Shown here in pieces: positions 10,227 to 19,060 of a stretch of 64,000 nt of DNA; position 1 is the first letter of the stretch; each line of letters opens with the position of its first letter. This DNA comes from Elusimicrobiota bacterium (GTDB taxonomy: Bacteria > CG03 > SLGR01 > PWQF01). Both the position numbers and the translations under genes were made by a program. Location of the stretch: NCBI GenBank assembly GCA_003557485.1, contig PWOI01000130.1, positions 2,935 through 66,934 of the forward strand, in the 5' to 3' direction. The notes below the pieces were generated by a model, which made no database searches, was not told where the DNA came from, and worked only from the letters and a program-made list of their open reading frames with translations.

Positions 10227-11916
10227 TTGAACTCAGATCAACATTCTTTGCAATCTCTTCCAGCACATTAAACATAACGTCAGGAGTCGCAACAATGTCT
10301 ATATTGTTGGAAAAGAAATCGGTTGCCTTGTTAAAGCCCTCAAGGGCCAGTCGCCTGTTCTTGGGATTATCACTGTCTATAGAAATCTCTTCATCAGGAG
10401 AAATATCATCACCTCCAAGAATGTAATCCTCAGTAAAACCGTAACGCGGCATAAAAGAGAGCTGGAAGGCAATTCTTCTCATAGCCTGGAAAGGGTTAAT
10501 GTCTCCTGTTTCAATATCTTTTACGGAAAAAAGCCTTCCCTCGTTGTTTATCAGCCAGCCTTCCATTCCCAGTCGTATTATTTTTTCTTTACCGCCCTGC
10601 ACAATAGTTAATCCGGGAGAAATCGACCAGAAGGAAATCCTGTCATCTTCAGGATCTCTGAATATGCCGTCTCCGATTTCTATCGTTTCACCTTCGGGAT
10701 CCTTTTTAGGTTTCCACTCTCCGTACTTGCGGCTTATAAAGGTTATATCGGGCTCTGCCATATCGTCTTCCTTATAGTCCCACTCGGATTCCATAACTAT
10801 GCTGTCTTCGCGGTTTGAAAACCTTATGGTCTGTTTTGTGGGATGGAAATCCTTTTCGTCGCTGTCGGATATTTTATCAATAAATTTGAACCATCCGGAC
10901 ATTCTCTCGGGAATACGACGATTGAACTCTATTTTAGTTTCAACGTAGTCAAGCCGGCTGCCGGAAGACTCTACACCGAAATTACCCCGCCTGTACCTAT
11001 AGTTATCCCTCTTTGTTATATTTATAAAATGAAGGGTATTAGATGCCGGGCGCATAAGGTGCTGCTCTACCCTGACGAGGTTTCCGTGATAGTCCCTGAG
11101 GGTCCTGCCGGTGCTGGTATCGGTTTCCCTTTTCTGTTCTACCGTATCCTGGGCCTGGCGAACATCAACCCTTATATCGGAAACTGCGGACCTTATCTCA
11201 CTTCTCAGGTCCTGTTTTACTTCTGCTGCTTCATCAATAGTATCTTCCGGCTCATCAACAGGATCCTCATATTCATCATCTTCATAATCATTTTCTACCA
11301 TTGATTCGTCAAGATCACTGTCCCGTAACGTCTCGTCCGGATCGTCAAAATCTTCCGGATAAGAAGGGGCAACGTTTTTAAGTATCTTAGAAAACTGGCC
11401 GGCGCTGATTGATACTTCCTCTCCGGTTTCAAGTCCCAGTGCGGTTACAAGGCCGGAAAAAACCTTGACAAGGGTCTCGTTAAGCGATTCATCTACAGCA
11501 ACCGAGAACTCCGTTCCTTTTACAGAAATAACAGACTCGGGAGTAGTTATATTATAGCTTTCGTTAGAGGTGAGCCTTCTTACCCTGGAAAAAAGTTCGC
11601 CGTTAAAAAGTTCTATATTGGTTTCCTCGTCAAGGGCGGCTATTTTCATATGGCTCCCCGGTCCGAGACGGGTCATATGTCCCTGGCTGAAACTGACCTC
11701 CGCCCAGGAATCCGGCTCTGTCCTGACCTTATCACCGGCTGAAAGAGATATCCCTTCTTCGGCTTTTTCCCATATATCCTGACCGGAAACCCGGTAAACG
11801 ACCTCCCCCTCAAGAGCGCTTATTTTTGCCGTAAAGGCAAAAGCCCTTCCGGAAAAAACAAGAACTATCATCAGGGCAGTTGCTGCGCTGCTTATTAATA
11901 TTTTTCTTAGCTTCAT
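10210..11916 (-). CDS. exported FecR-domain protein with acidic linker and large C-terminal domain of unknown function
   Basis: Signal peptide, then ISALEGEVVYRVSGQDIWEKAEEGISLSAGDKVRTEPDSWAEVSFSQGHMTRLGPGSHMKI (FecR-type beta-sandwich pattern). Asp/Glu-rich linker (DYEDDEYEDPVDEPEDTIDE). A ~320-aa C-terminal region I cannot assign. Confidence 0.7.
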   Translation of the reverse strand: MKLRKILISSAATALMIVLVFSGRAFAFTAKISALEGEVVYRVSGQDIWEKAEEGISLSAGDKVRTEPDSWAEVSFSQGHMTRLGPGSHMKIAALDEETNIELFNGELFSRVRRLTSNESYNITTPESVISVKGTEFSVAVDESLNETLVKVFSGLVTALGLETGEEVSISAGQFSKILKNVAPSYPEDFDDPDETLRDSDLDESMVENDYEDDEYEDPVDEPEDTIDEAAEVKQDLRSEIRSAVSDIRVDVRQAQDTVEQKRETDTSTGRTLRDYHGNLVRVEQHLMRPASNTLHFINITKRDNYRYRRGNFGVESSGSRLDYVETKIEFNRRIPERMSGWFKFIDKISDSDEKDFHPTKQTIRFSNREDSIVMESEWDYKEDDMAEPDITFISRKYGEWKPKKDPEGETIEIGDGIFRDPEDDRISFWSISPGLTIVQGGKEKIIRLGMEGWLINNEGRLFSVKDIETGDINPFQAMRRIAFQLSFMPRYGFTEDYILGGDDISPDEEISIDSDNPKNRRLALEGFNKATDFFSNNIDIVATPDVMFNVLEEIAKNVDLSSIDDDD

Positions 11917-11980
11917 AAATTTTCTCCTCCCCCCTTATACTGCACCTCGTTTATCTTAGAATAAAACAGTGATGCAGTCA

Positions 11981-11994
11981 GTGACTTAAGTCAC
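11981..11994. promoter_or_regulatory. perfect 14-bp palindrome GTGACTTAAGTCAC in the 5' leader of the FecR-domain operon (candidate operator)
   Basis: Read directly at 11981-11994. Lies ~5-18 nt downstream of the predicted transcription start of the promoter at 12005-12033. Confidence 0.35.
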
Positions 11995-12004
11995 AAGTAT
12001 TTTC

Positions 12005-12033
12005 ATTATATATTATTTTTAAATACCCTTCAA
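12005..12033 (-). promoter_or_regulatory. sigma70-type promoter of the FecR-domain operon (TTGAAG-17-TATAAT)
   Basis: Minus strand: TTGAAG (12033-12028), 17-nt spacer, TATAAT (12010-12005). GGGGGGAGGAG Shine-Dalgarno before the ATG at 11916. Confidence 0.6.
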
Positions 12034-12043
12034 TTAAATAATA

Positions 12044-12607
12044 TTAACCTGGAATACGGCTTGCCGCCTCTTTAAGGCTTTTAACCCTGACAATACCGCC
12101 ATTCAGCGGGAAACTTTTGTTCCAGGGCTGGTCAACCAGAAAAACAGTTGTTCCGGACCCGGCTATTTCACTGGCAAATTCCCACCGGTCTTCTATGAAA
12201 TAATCAAGATTGATTTTTTTCTTCTCCAAAGGAAGTAGCTTTGACTGCATATCAGTGAATACAACTTCCTTTGCGGGTATTGAACAGTCACTGATCCATT
12301 TACGGGTAGCTGAAACTGCCTTTGGGGGACGGGAAGTTACAATATAAAGGTTGTGCTTTTCTCCTATTTTCATAAGACTTTCAAGCGCTCCTTCATAGAA
12401 AGGTATATCTTCCCAAATGCAGTCCCCGATCATTTTTTCCATTGCAAGAGAGGCCTGCTGCGGGGTTACTTCTATGCAGTCCTCAAAAAAATAAGAAGTC
12501 ACCTGTTCCGGAACGAACGTTTTTCCGCATAACTCTTCCAGGTACCCCAGGTACACACGTACGGTATCTACAATGACACCGTCTATATCAACGCCTATGT
12601 TCTTCAA
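12044..12607 (-). CDS. HAD-superfamily hydrolase, 5'(3')-deoxyribonucleotidase-like
   Basis: N-terminal IGVDIDGVIVDT (DxDx[TV] HAD motif I). Size and ...LYIVTSRP... motif II are consistent with the NT5C-like family. Confidence 0.65.
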   Translation of the reverse strand: MKNIGVDIDGVIVDTVRVYLGYLEELCGKTFVPEQVTSYFFEDCIEVTPQQASLAMEKMIGDCIWEDIPFYEGALESLMKIGEKHNLYIVTSRPPKAVSATRKWISDCSIPAKEVVFTDMQSKLLPLEKKKINLDYFIEDRWEFASEIAGSGTTVFLVDQPWNKSFPLNGGIVRVKSLKEAASRIPG

Positions 12608-13334
12608 AAACAGTTTCCTTTATATCATGCAATACCGGGAACATTACTATATGAAACGGGCTTGTTATCGCCTGGGTAACTATGCTGTCGGGGGACGGCT
12701 CTGAAAAACTATATAAAACATGCAAACGGCCGTTTTTTAAATAAATATTATCTATATTTACGGAATATCCTCCCGTAGATTTCTCGCCCATGAACACAGC
12801 AGCCAGAATTGTATTCTCAAAATCTATTTCAGGAATATCAGGAACAGGATAGTGGTGACTGTACATCATACCCCAAAGATCTTCCAATTCGTTGTGGTTG
12901 CTTACTATAATAAAATGTTCTCTGTTGATTCCGCTGTAGGACCCTCTTTCAAAGGTGCTAAATTCAATTTCCGTCTTTTTCTCAGGGAGTTCTACCACGA
13001 TAGCCTCCTCTTTGATACCCCAGATGCTGCACTCGGCCCTTATTCCTATTACCGTCCCCGTTGCCATGCCGGGAAAATAAAAAGAAGTTCTCTGTACTTT
13101 TTCATCTCCCTGTTTTGAAAACTCCTGCATAGCCCTTGTCTCTCCGGAAAAAGCCGTAATCCACTTTATATAGTGAGAGCCGGAACGTTCAGTTTCATGA
13201 AAGACGGAAACATCCAGAATTCCTCCGTAAATATTATATGAAGCTATTATTTCCTGAGGCGGATGCGCCGCTGCAAAGGAAAAAGAAAAAAAACAAACTA
13301 ACGCCGCACTTACGGATAGTTTCAATTTATTCAT
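12588..13334 (-). CDS. exported protein: superoxide-reductase-like N-terminal domain fused to a PrcB C-terminal domain
   Basis: Signal peptide MNKLKLSVSAALVCFFSFSFAAA. The N-domain aligns by eye to desulfoferrodoxin domain II (HPPQEI / VSVFHE..HYIKWI / FSKQGD / IRAECSIWG versus KHVPVI / GSVAHPMEEKHWIEWI / FLKPGD / AREYCNLHG). The C-domain FERGSYSG...FIIVSNHNELEDLW...AAVFMGEKSTGGYSVNI is PrcB_C-like. Confidence 0.5.
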   Translation of the reverse strand: MNKLKLSVSAALVCFFSFSFAAAHPPQEIIASYNIYGGILDVSVFHETERSGSHYIKWITAFSGETRAMQEFSKQGDEKVQRTSFYFPGMATGTVIGIRAECSIWGIKEEAIVVELPEKKTEIEFSTFERGSYSGINREHFIIVSNHNELEDLWGMMYSHHYPVPDIPEIDFENTILAAVFMGEKSTGGYSVNIDNIYLKNGRLHVLYSFSEPSPDSIVTQAITSPFHIVMFPVLHDIKETVFEEHRR

Positions 13335-13833
13335 TTACTGAATCCTTACCCCCCGACACTACCACAACATAAACATCCTCACCTGCCTCAAATGAAGTAA
13401 GCAGAAGCGTTTTTCCGTTACGGTTAAAGAAAGCTATCTCTTTTGGTATCCCCGGAACTCCGGCCGCAATATCTTTTATCCTCTCCATATTAAAATCTGA
13501 AAGAGCTTCGGAAACTTTTTCGGGACGCCATCCGGAAGAAACAGCGCCAAGAGAAACCCTGTCCATTATTTCTTCCGAGTTACCCGTAGCGCTTATTACA
13601 GAAAACTTAATGCCAGTTACGCCAGGTACCATGGGGACCCTTCTGGAAGTTACTTCTTCGGGAAGTGAAAACCCGAATAGATCAGGATCAAAATGAGCTG
13701 TTTTTTCAAAGGCCAGAGGGCCAAGCCAACGGTGTCCTATATAAACAGCCCCGGCAAGAAGAAATATAAAGAACAGCATGGCTGAAAAAAACTTGAGACA
13801 CCCGCTTTTATTTTTCTCTTTTTTTTCTTTCAC
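13327..13833 (-). CDS. membrane-anchored hypothetical protein
   Basis: Basic N-terminus, one TM helix (LKFFSAMLFFIFLLAGAVYIG) and a ~120-aa extracytoplasmic domain with no recognisable motif. Overlaps the next gene by 8 nt. Confidence 0.5.
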   Translation of the reverse strand: MKEKKEKNKSGCLKFFSAMLFFIFLLAGAVYIGHRWLGPLAFEKTAHFDPDLFGFSLPEEVTSRRVPMVPGVTGIKFSVISATGNSEEIMDRVSLGAVSSGWRPEKVSEALSDFNMERIKDIAAGVPGIPKEIAFFNRNGKTLLLTSFEAGEDVYVVVVSGGKDSVNE

Positions 13834-13839
13834 CCTTTA

Positions 13840-15495
13840 TTACTTGTTATTGAGCCGGCCTGAAGCATTTTTTCTTACTTCAGGAATAAACCTGGGGCTA
13901 ACGCTTACGGTGTTAATGCCGGTTGCAAGAATCTTCTTTAAAAACTCCATTTCCGCCGCCATCTCCCCGCATATTGAAATAGGCCTTTTATGTTTGGCTG
14001 CGGCATCGGCTATATTCTTCAGAAGAGCCCAGAAAACTTCCCGGTCCGGGTCATAGTCATAGGAAACCGAGTCATTGTTCCTGTCAACGGCAAAGAGGTA
14101 CTGCACAAGGTCGTTGCTGCCTATGCTCGAAAAATCGGCTTCTTTTAGGATGCTGTCAGCCTGAAGACACGCAGCGGGCACCTCAAACATTGCGCCGAAC
14201 CTGATATCTCCGGTTTTCATATCCTTTACGGCTTTATTGAATTTTTTTCTTATGCTGAGAAACTGTTTGGTATCAATAACCATAGGCACCATAACATGAA
14301 CGTCTCCGTGAAGAGATGCGCCCGCCAAGGCTCTCGCCTGGGCATTAAGCAGTTCTTCATTTGCTTCCAACAGCCTTGCCCCTCTCAACCCGAGCGCCGG
14401 ATTTTCTTCTCTTATATACTTCAGGCCGGGCGACGGTTTATCGCTTCCAAGGTCAAGCATCCTGAAATAAACAGGTCTATCTTTCATTTCCTTTACGGCT
14501 TTTACATAGTGCTGATACTGTTCATCTTCGGAGAGCATCTTGCCTTCTCTCATAAATTCAAATTCCGTTCTGTAAAGCCCTATTCCCTCGGCCTCCATTT
14601 CAACTGCCTCGGCTATATCAGAGGTTGTGTTTACATTGGCCAGCACCTTAACATTTTTTACCGGGCTTACTTTCTGTACCTTTCTTAAGCTTTTTGCGTT
14701 TATCTCCTTTACCTGGGTAACGGCTTCTTCCGAAGGGTTAACAACAACCTTTCCTTCATTGCCGTCAACGATAACCTCCATACCGCAGTTAAGGAAACTG
14801 TGTATCCCGTTAAGCCCGCTGACTGCGGGTATTCCAAGGGCGCGGGCAAGAATGGCGGCATGAGAACCCGGGCCGCCTTTCTCGGTAATAAAACCTGATA
14901 CACTGGCAGTATTCATATCCATTGTAAGGTGGGGAGTAAGCTCTTCGGCTACAATTATCCTGTTCTGTCCGCGCACACAGAATCTCTGGTCCTGGCAGTT
15001 AAATGCCGGATCCGTTTCCCCGAGCCTGGCAAGAATCCTGGATTTTATCTCGGCTATATCCGAACTTCTCTGTTTAAGATACTCATCATCAATTGAAGCT
15101 ATCCTGTTTTCGTAATCCTCAAAAACTTCAGTGACGGCAGCTTCGGCGTTAAGGTGTTTCTGTTCAACGGCCGTGTTTATTTTGCGCCTGACGGAGCGGT
15201 CTTTCAGTATCATCAGATGTGCCTCAAAGATACCGGCTTCATTTTCACCGACCTTCTCTGCCGTCTCTTTTTTTATGGCTCCGGTTTTCTCTATTGCTTC
15301 ATTAAAGGCTCTTTCTATGCGCTTCTTTTCGTTTTCTATATTATCTACATTAATTTTATAGAAGGCTGGCTGTCTGTGTACGGTGTCGTTGAAGAGACAT
15401 ATCCTGGCCACTGCAACGCCCCTGCTAATGGAGCGGCCGTTCAGTGTAAATTCTCTTTTTGATTTTATTTTTTTAGTGGTTTTTTCTACTGCCAT
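13840..15495 (-). CDS. ptsI: phosphoenolpyruvate-protein phosphotransferase (PTS enzyme I family)
   Basis: Phospho-His loop GGPGSHAAILARALGIPAV. PEP-utilising TIM-barrel motifs GLYRTEF, SIGSNDLVQY, ICGEMAAE. 551 aa. Confidence 0.85.
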   Translation of the reverse strand: MAVEKTTKKIKSKREFTLNGRSISRGVAVARICLFNDTVHRQPAFYKINVDNIENEKKRIERAFNEAIEKTGAIKKETAEKVGENEAGIFEAHLMILKDRSVRRKINTAVEQKHLNAEAAVTEVFEDYENRIASIDDEYLKQRSSDIAEIKSRILARLGETDPAFNCQDQRFCVRGQNRIIVAEELTPHLTMDMNTASVSGFITEKGGPGSHAAILARALGIPAVSGLNGIHSFLNCGMEVIVDGNEGKVVVNPSEEAVTQVKEINAKSLRKVQKVSPVKNVKVLANVNTTSDIAEAVEMEAEGIGLYRTEFEFMREGKMLSEDEQYQHYVKAVKEMKDRPVYFRMLDLGSDKPSPGLKYIREENPALGLRGARLLEANEELLNAQARALAGASLHGDVHVMVPMVIDTKQFLSIRKKFNKAVKDMKTGDIRFGAMFEVPAACLQADSILKEADFSSIGSNDLVQYLFAVDRNNDSVSYDYDPDREVFWALLKNIADAAAKHKRPISICGEMAAEMEFLKKILATGINTVSVSPRFIPEVRKNASGRLNNK

Positions 15496-15533
15496 TTTCG
15501 TTGTGCTTATTATAGCAAAATTCCTTTAATTGT

Positions 15534-15902
15534 TTAATTCAAATCAGGCCGGTCAATTATCCCCCGGCAGGCAGGGAATCTTCTGCATCCCATAAATTTT
15601 TTTCCTTTATATCTACCGGTTTTTGCAGCCCTGACAACCATTCCGGAACCGCATTCAGGGCATATATTAGTTGCTTTTTGTCTTTTTCTTTCTGAAAACT
15701 TCTTTCTTCCGAAAGGACGCATAAAGCCATTTACTTTATTTTTTGACAAAACACCTTTAATCATATCAAACGCCGCAAAGATCATTAAACCTGCGGCAAG
15801 TATAATAAAAAGAGGGGCAACCCGGCCGGCTAAAGTAATCAGCAAGTAGAGCAAACCGCATACAATTAATAATTTTAAAATGGCAATATTATATCTGCGC
15901 AT
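15534..15902 (-). CDS. two-TM membrane protein with C-terminal topoisomerase-type C4 zinc finger
   Basis: Two hydrophobic helices (ILKLLIVCGLLYLLITLAG / APLFIILAAGLMIFAAF), then CPECGSGMVVRAAKTGRYKGKKFMGCRRFPACRG (zf-C4_Topoisom pattern). Confidence 0.65.
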   Translation of the reverse strand: MRRYNIAILKLLIVCGLLYLLITLAGRVAPLFIILAAGLMIFAAFDMIKGVLSKNKVNGFMRPFGRKKFSERKRQKATNICPECGSGMVVRAAKTGRYKGKKFMGCRRFPACRGIIDRPDLN

Positions 15903-15926
15903 AATTTTTACCTTTAATATATTGTA

Positions 15927-17996
15927 TCAGCCGATTTCGCTTAATGAGAATCCGCAGGAAGATTTGGCCGCGTACTTCTTAAAGAGATCTCTTATATGAT
16001 CATCCATTGTGAAATAAAACACCTGCCATCCTGATTCGGAAAGTGCAACAGCCCTGTCAACCATTTTTTCCCGACGTTTCCAGTCGGAATACTGAAAGGC
16101 GTCGTCCAGTATAAAAAACATCCTGTTTTTTCCTAAAAGCCGGGCTGCCATTCCTATACGCAGGCCAAGGAAAATCTGCTCGCGGGCGCCGTCACTGACT
16201 TCGTCAAGGCCGTACTCTGCGTAACCGTCCGACAGGTACAGCTTGTTCTCTTTTAGTTTAAAAGACTTATATTTCGCAGTAAACTTCTCAACGGGTTCTT
16301 TCAGTTCCTGATTTTCAAGCGCCATACGAACCTTTTCTTCTTCTCTTCCAGACATTTCATCAATAACACTTGCAAGGCAGGCGGTTCCTATTATTCCGGC
16401 TGTTGTCTGTCTGTATTCCTGCTGCACAATGCGGCGAGTTTGAAGAAGACTGTCTATAAGTTTTTCATCATCAACGGCATCAGAACCTGTAATACGGACT
16501 ATTCGTGTTCTAATATCATCCAACGGTTCCCTTAGTTTCTGAAGTATTTCCTGCTGTTTCTGAAGTTCTTCAATGGTTTTTTCTTCTTTTTTCTCATCAT
16601 AATCGGAGGGTTCTTCACTTTTTATAAAGTCCTCTTCTTTTACTTTAAGTGACGCCAGCTCGCTGCTGCACTGGTTAATTTTTTTCTCTGTTTCCTTCCT
16701 TGTATTTTCCTGCTGTTTTATTGTTTCTTCCCAGTCTTTTTCATCCGGAAGAGGCTTTGTAATATCAAGGAGCCACTTTTCTATTTTCGAGCCAGCATCC
16801 GTTATCCTATCCTCAATATTCAAAAGGTTTTCCCGGACAGCTTCCAGTTTATGACTGATTTCTGTCAGTTGAGAAATTTTACTTTTGATTGTTGAAAAAT
16901 CCTTTAATTCTTCTGCAAAATGCTCCCGGTAAGTATCTTTTATATTATCAACCTCCCGGTCGGAACTTATGCTGCGCGGTTTCATGAGCAGAACTGCTGC
17001 CGCTGAAGCAAGCATCGCAGCCAGCGCTGCCGGAGGATAAATAAAGACAAGAAGCGCAGATGCAGCTATTAAGGTTATTATGAGGCCACGGTAAAAACCG
17101 GGAGAGGCACCATCGCTTATTATAGATTCGTATGTTTCACGGGCTTCTTCAAGCCAGGGGAGATATTTAATCTGTTCTTCTTTGTATTTTATTTCAACTC
17201 TTTTTTCAGATGCTTCACGCTTAAGGTTTTTCCTGGCGGAAACTTCCAGGGAAAGCTTTTTGAGGTGTTCCTCTCCCGGCATATCCTGCAGGCGTTTTCG
17301 GAGCTGTTCTATTGTACTGCTTAACTTAAACGCATAGCGCCTTCTTGATTCCTCGTGCTGTTTTTTTTCCTTTTCAAGTTTTTCTATATACCTCTTACAG
17401 TCAACAAGAGGCCCGAGACTGTACCTGCTGTTTAAATCCTCTTTAAGCTTGTCTATCTGTTGCAGCTTTTCGGCAGCGTTTTCCCTGCTTTTAACAATAC
17501 CAAGTCCCCCGGGTATATTAATGGCGTTTTCTTCAATTACTGCCTTTCTGAGAGTTTTCCCTATTTTTCCGTCTATTTCCGAAAGAATCTTTTTCCCGGA
17601 AAGATAGGCTTTCAATACTTCCATGTGATTGTCAGCACTTATTTCTTTTGTTGATATCTCGCTGTGGGCACCTTTTATTATCATAAGTTTGTCTATCTCA
17701 GCAGGGAGGCCCGGGAGACCCTCCTGAAGGTAGTCGTTAAGGCTTTCAGGCGAAGACGGAGTAAAAGCCGTTCCTTTTTTATCCGCCCCTTCTATAATTA
17801 TCTTCCCTTCCGGTGAAATTTCCCTTAAATCCCAGTTTTTCCCGAAAAGACAGCTGATTATGAATTCCACAAGGAAGGTCTTGCCTGATTCATTTTTTCC
17901 GTAAACAAGATTAAGGTCTTCCGCTTTCAGGGAGAACCTGTCAACGGGTCCGAGTTTTCTTACATTTATCTCTTTTATTCTTATGCTTGAACTCAT
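15927..17996 (-). CDS. SbcC/Rad50-like AAA ATPase (YhaN-type) with central hydrophobic hairpin
   Basis: Walker A GKNESGKTFLVEFI. Long Glu/Lys-rich coiled-coil regions. Central LIITLIAASALLVFIYPPAALAAMLASAAAVLL. C-terminal Walker B/D-loop MFFILDDAFQYSD. Confidence 0.75.
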   Translation of the reverse strand: MSSSIRIKEINVRKLGPVDRFSLKAEDLNLVYGKNESGKTFLVEFIISCLFGKNWDLREISPEGKIIIEGADKKGTAFTPSSPESLNDYLQEGLPGLPAEIDKLMIIKGAHSEISTKEISADNHMEVLKAYLSGKKILSEIDGKIGKTLRKAVIEENAINIPGGLGIVKSRENAAEKLQQIDKLKEDLNSRYSLGPLVDCKRYIEKLEKEKKQHEESRRRYAFKLSSTIEQLRKRLQDMPGEEHLKKLSLEVSARKNLKREASEKRVEIKYKEEQIKYLPWLEEARETYESIISDGASPGFYRGLIITLIAASALLVFIYPPAALAAMLASAAAVLLMKPRSISSDREVDNIKDTYREHFAEELKDFSTIKSKISQLTEISHKLEAVRENLLNIEDRITDAGSKIEKWLLDITKPLPDEKDWEETIKQQENTRKETEKKINQCSSELASLKVKEEDFIKSEEPSDYDEKKEEKTIEELQKQQEILQKLREPLDDIRTRIVRITGSDAVDDEKLIDSLLQTRRIVQQEYRQTTAGIIGTACLASVIDEMSGREEEKVRMALENQELKEPVEKFTAKYKSFKLKENKLYLSDGYAEYGLDEVSDGAREQIFLGLRIGMAARLLGKNRMFFILDDAFQYSDWKRREKMVDRAVALSESGWQVFYFTMDDHIRDLFKKYAAKSSCGFSLSEIG

Positions 17997-19054
17997 TTTT
18001 CGTATATCATCTTCAGTGACTCTTTTATCACATCCTCTTTTGAAGGTGACTCAGACTGAGAAAAATCCCACGGCAGTTCTTTATCTATATATTCCAGGCT
18101 CTTCAGCGCAAGTTCCATTCTTTCCGGATCCTCGGAAGCGGATATAAGCCGGGATATATCAGGTTCTTTATCGTAAAAGCAGTATCCGCTGAATTCGTCT
18201 TTCAAAGCAAGCCTTGCCTTTTCCCTGTCAGAAGTATAGCCGGAAGCTTTTATTCTTATAAGGCTTTTTTTCTTTTCCTTATCGGAAAGGCACCACTCTT
18301 CTTTCACTTTGCGAGCCTGATCCTTTATGGACTTAATCTCATTCTTAAGCGGGAGAATTAATATGTCAGCGCTGAAATAAAGCTGCTCCGTTTCAACCGG
18401 CAGGCGGCTTACCTCGCCTCCGGAGGTATCAAGAATAATAAAGCTCCTTCGGCCTGTCTCATTTATGTGCAGGGGAAATGGGGAACCGGGATAAAAAACC
18501 CTTTCGGAATCCATAGGTTTGTGAATATGGCCCAGTATAACTTTAAGGGGGTTAAAACGGGTTATGTCGGCTCTTGTAAGCGGCATATAAGTCCCTTCCT
18601 CAAGCGGATTAATTTCGGTCCGCCCGCCCAGCCAGTCTCCATGACCGGTTATACAGAAAGGTTTTTCCTTATCAAGTTGCGGCCGGGCCTGTTCTATACT
18701 TTCTCCCATTGATTTTCCGGCAGCGTACGGTATAAACATAATCTGCATCCCGCTGAACTCTTTTACTGAAGGAGTGCAATAGACATTTACATTGTCCCCA
18801 AGAATTTTTCCCGTATCAAGTATTGGGTCGTGATTCCCCGGAATTATATGGAAGTTTATGGCTGGTTCTGAAATGCAGAGCCTTTCAAAATCGTTGGAGG
18901 GAGAACCTTCACTGTCAAAAACATCCCCGGCCAGAACAAGTTCGGTGATTTTTTCCTTTTTAATATTAGCGAGTATATTTTCAAAAGCCCTGAAGCGACC
19001 GGGTGCTTCACGGGAACTTTTTAAATGGAGGTCCGCTGTGAAAGCTATTTTCAT
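17993..19054 (-). CDS. SbcD/Mre11-like metallophosphoesterase (YhaO-type DNA repair exonuclease)
   Basis: MKIAFTADLHL, LAGDVFD, IPGNHD, ITGHGDW, LGHIHKP (calcineurin-like phosphoesterase motifs). 4-nt overlap with the downstream ATPase gene. Confidence 0.8.
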   Translation of the reverse strand: MKIAFTADLHLKSSREAPGRFRAFENILANIKKEKITELVLAGDVFDSEGSPSNDFERLCISEPAINFHIIPGNHDPILDTGKILGDNVNVYCTPSVKEFSGMQIMFIPYAAGKSMGESIEQARPQLDKEKPFCITGHGDWLGGRTEINPLEEGTYMPLTRADITRFNPLKVILGHIHKPMDSERVFYPGSPFPLHINETGRRSFIILDTSGGEVSRLPVETEQLYFSADILILPLKNEIKSIKDQARKVKEEWCLSDKEKKKSLIRIKASGYTSDREKARLALKDEFSGYCFYDKEPDISRLISASEDPERMELALKSLEYIDKELPWDFSQSESPSKEDVIKESLKMIYEK

Positions 19055-19060
19055 AAATGC

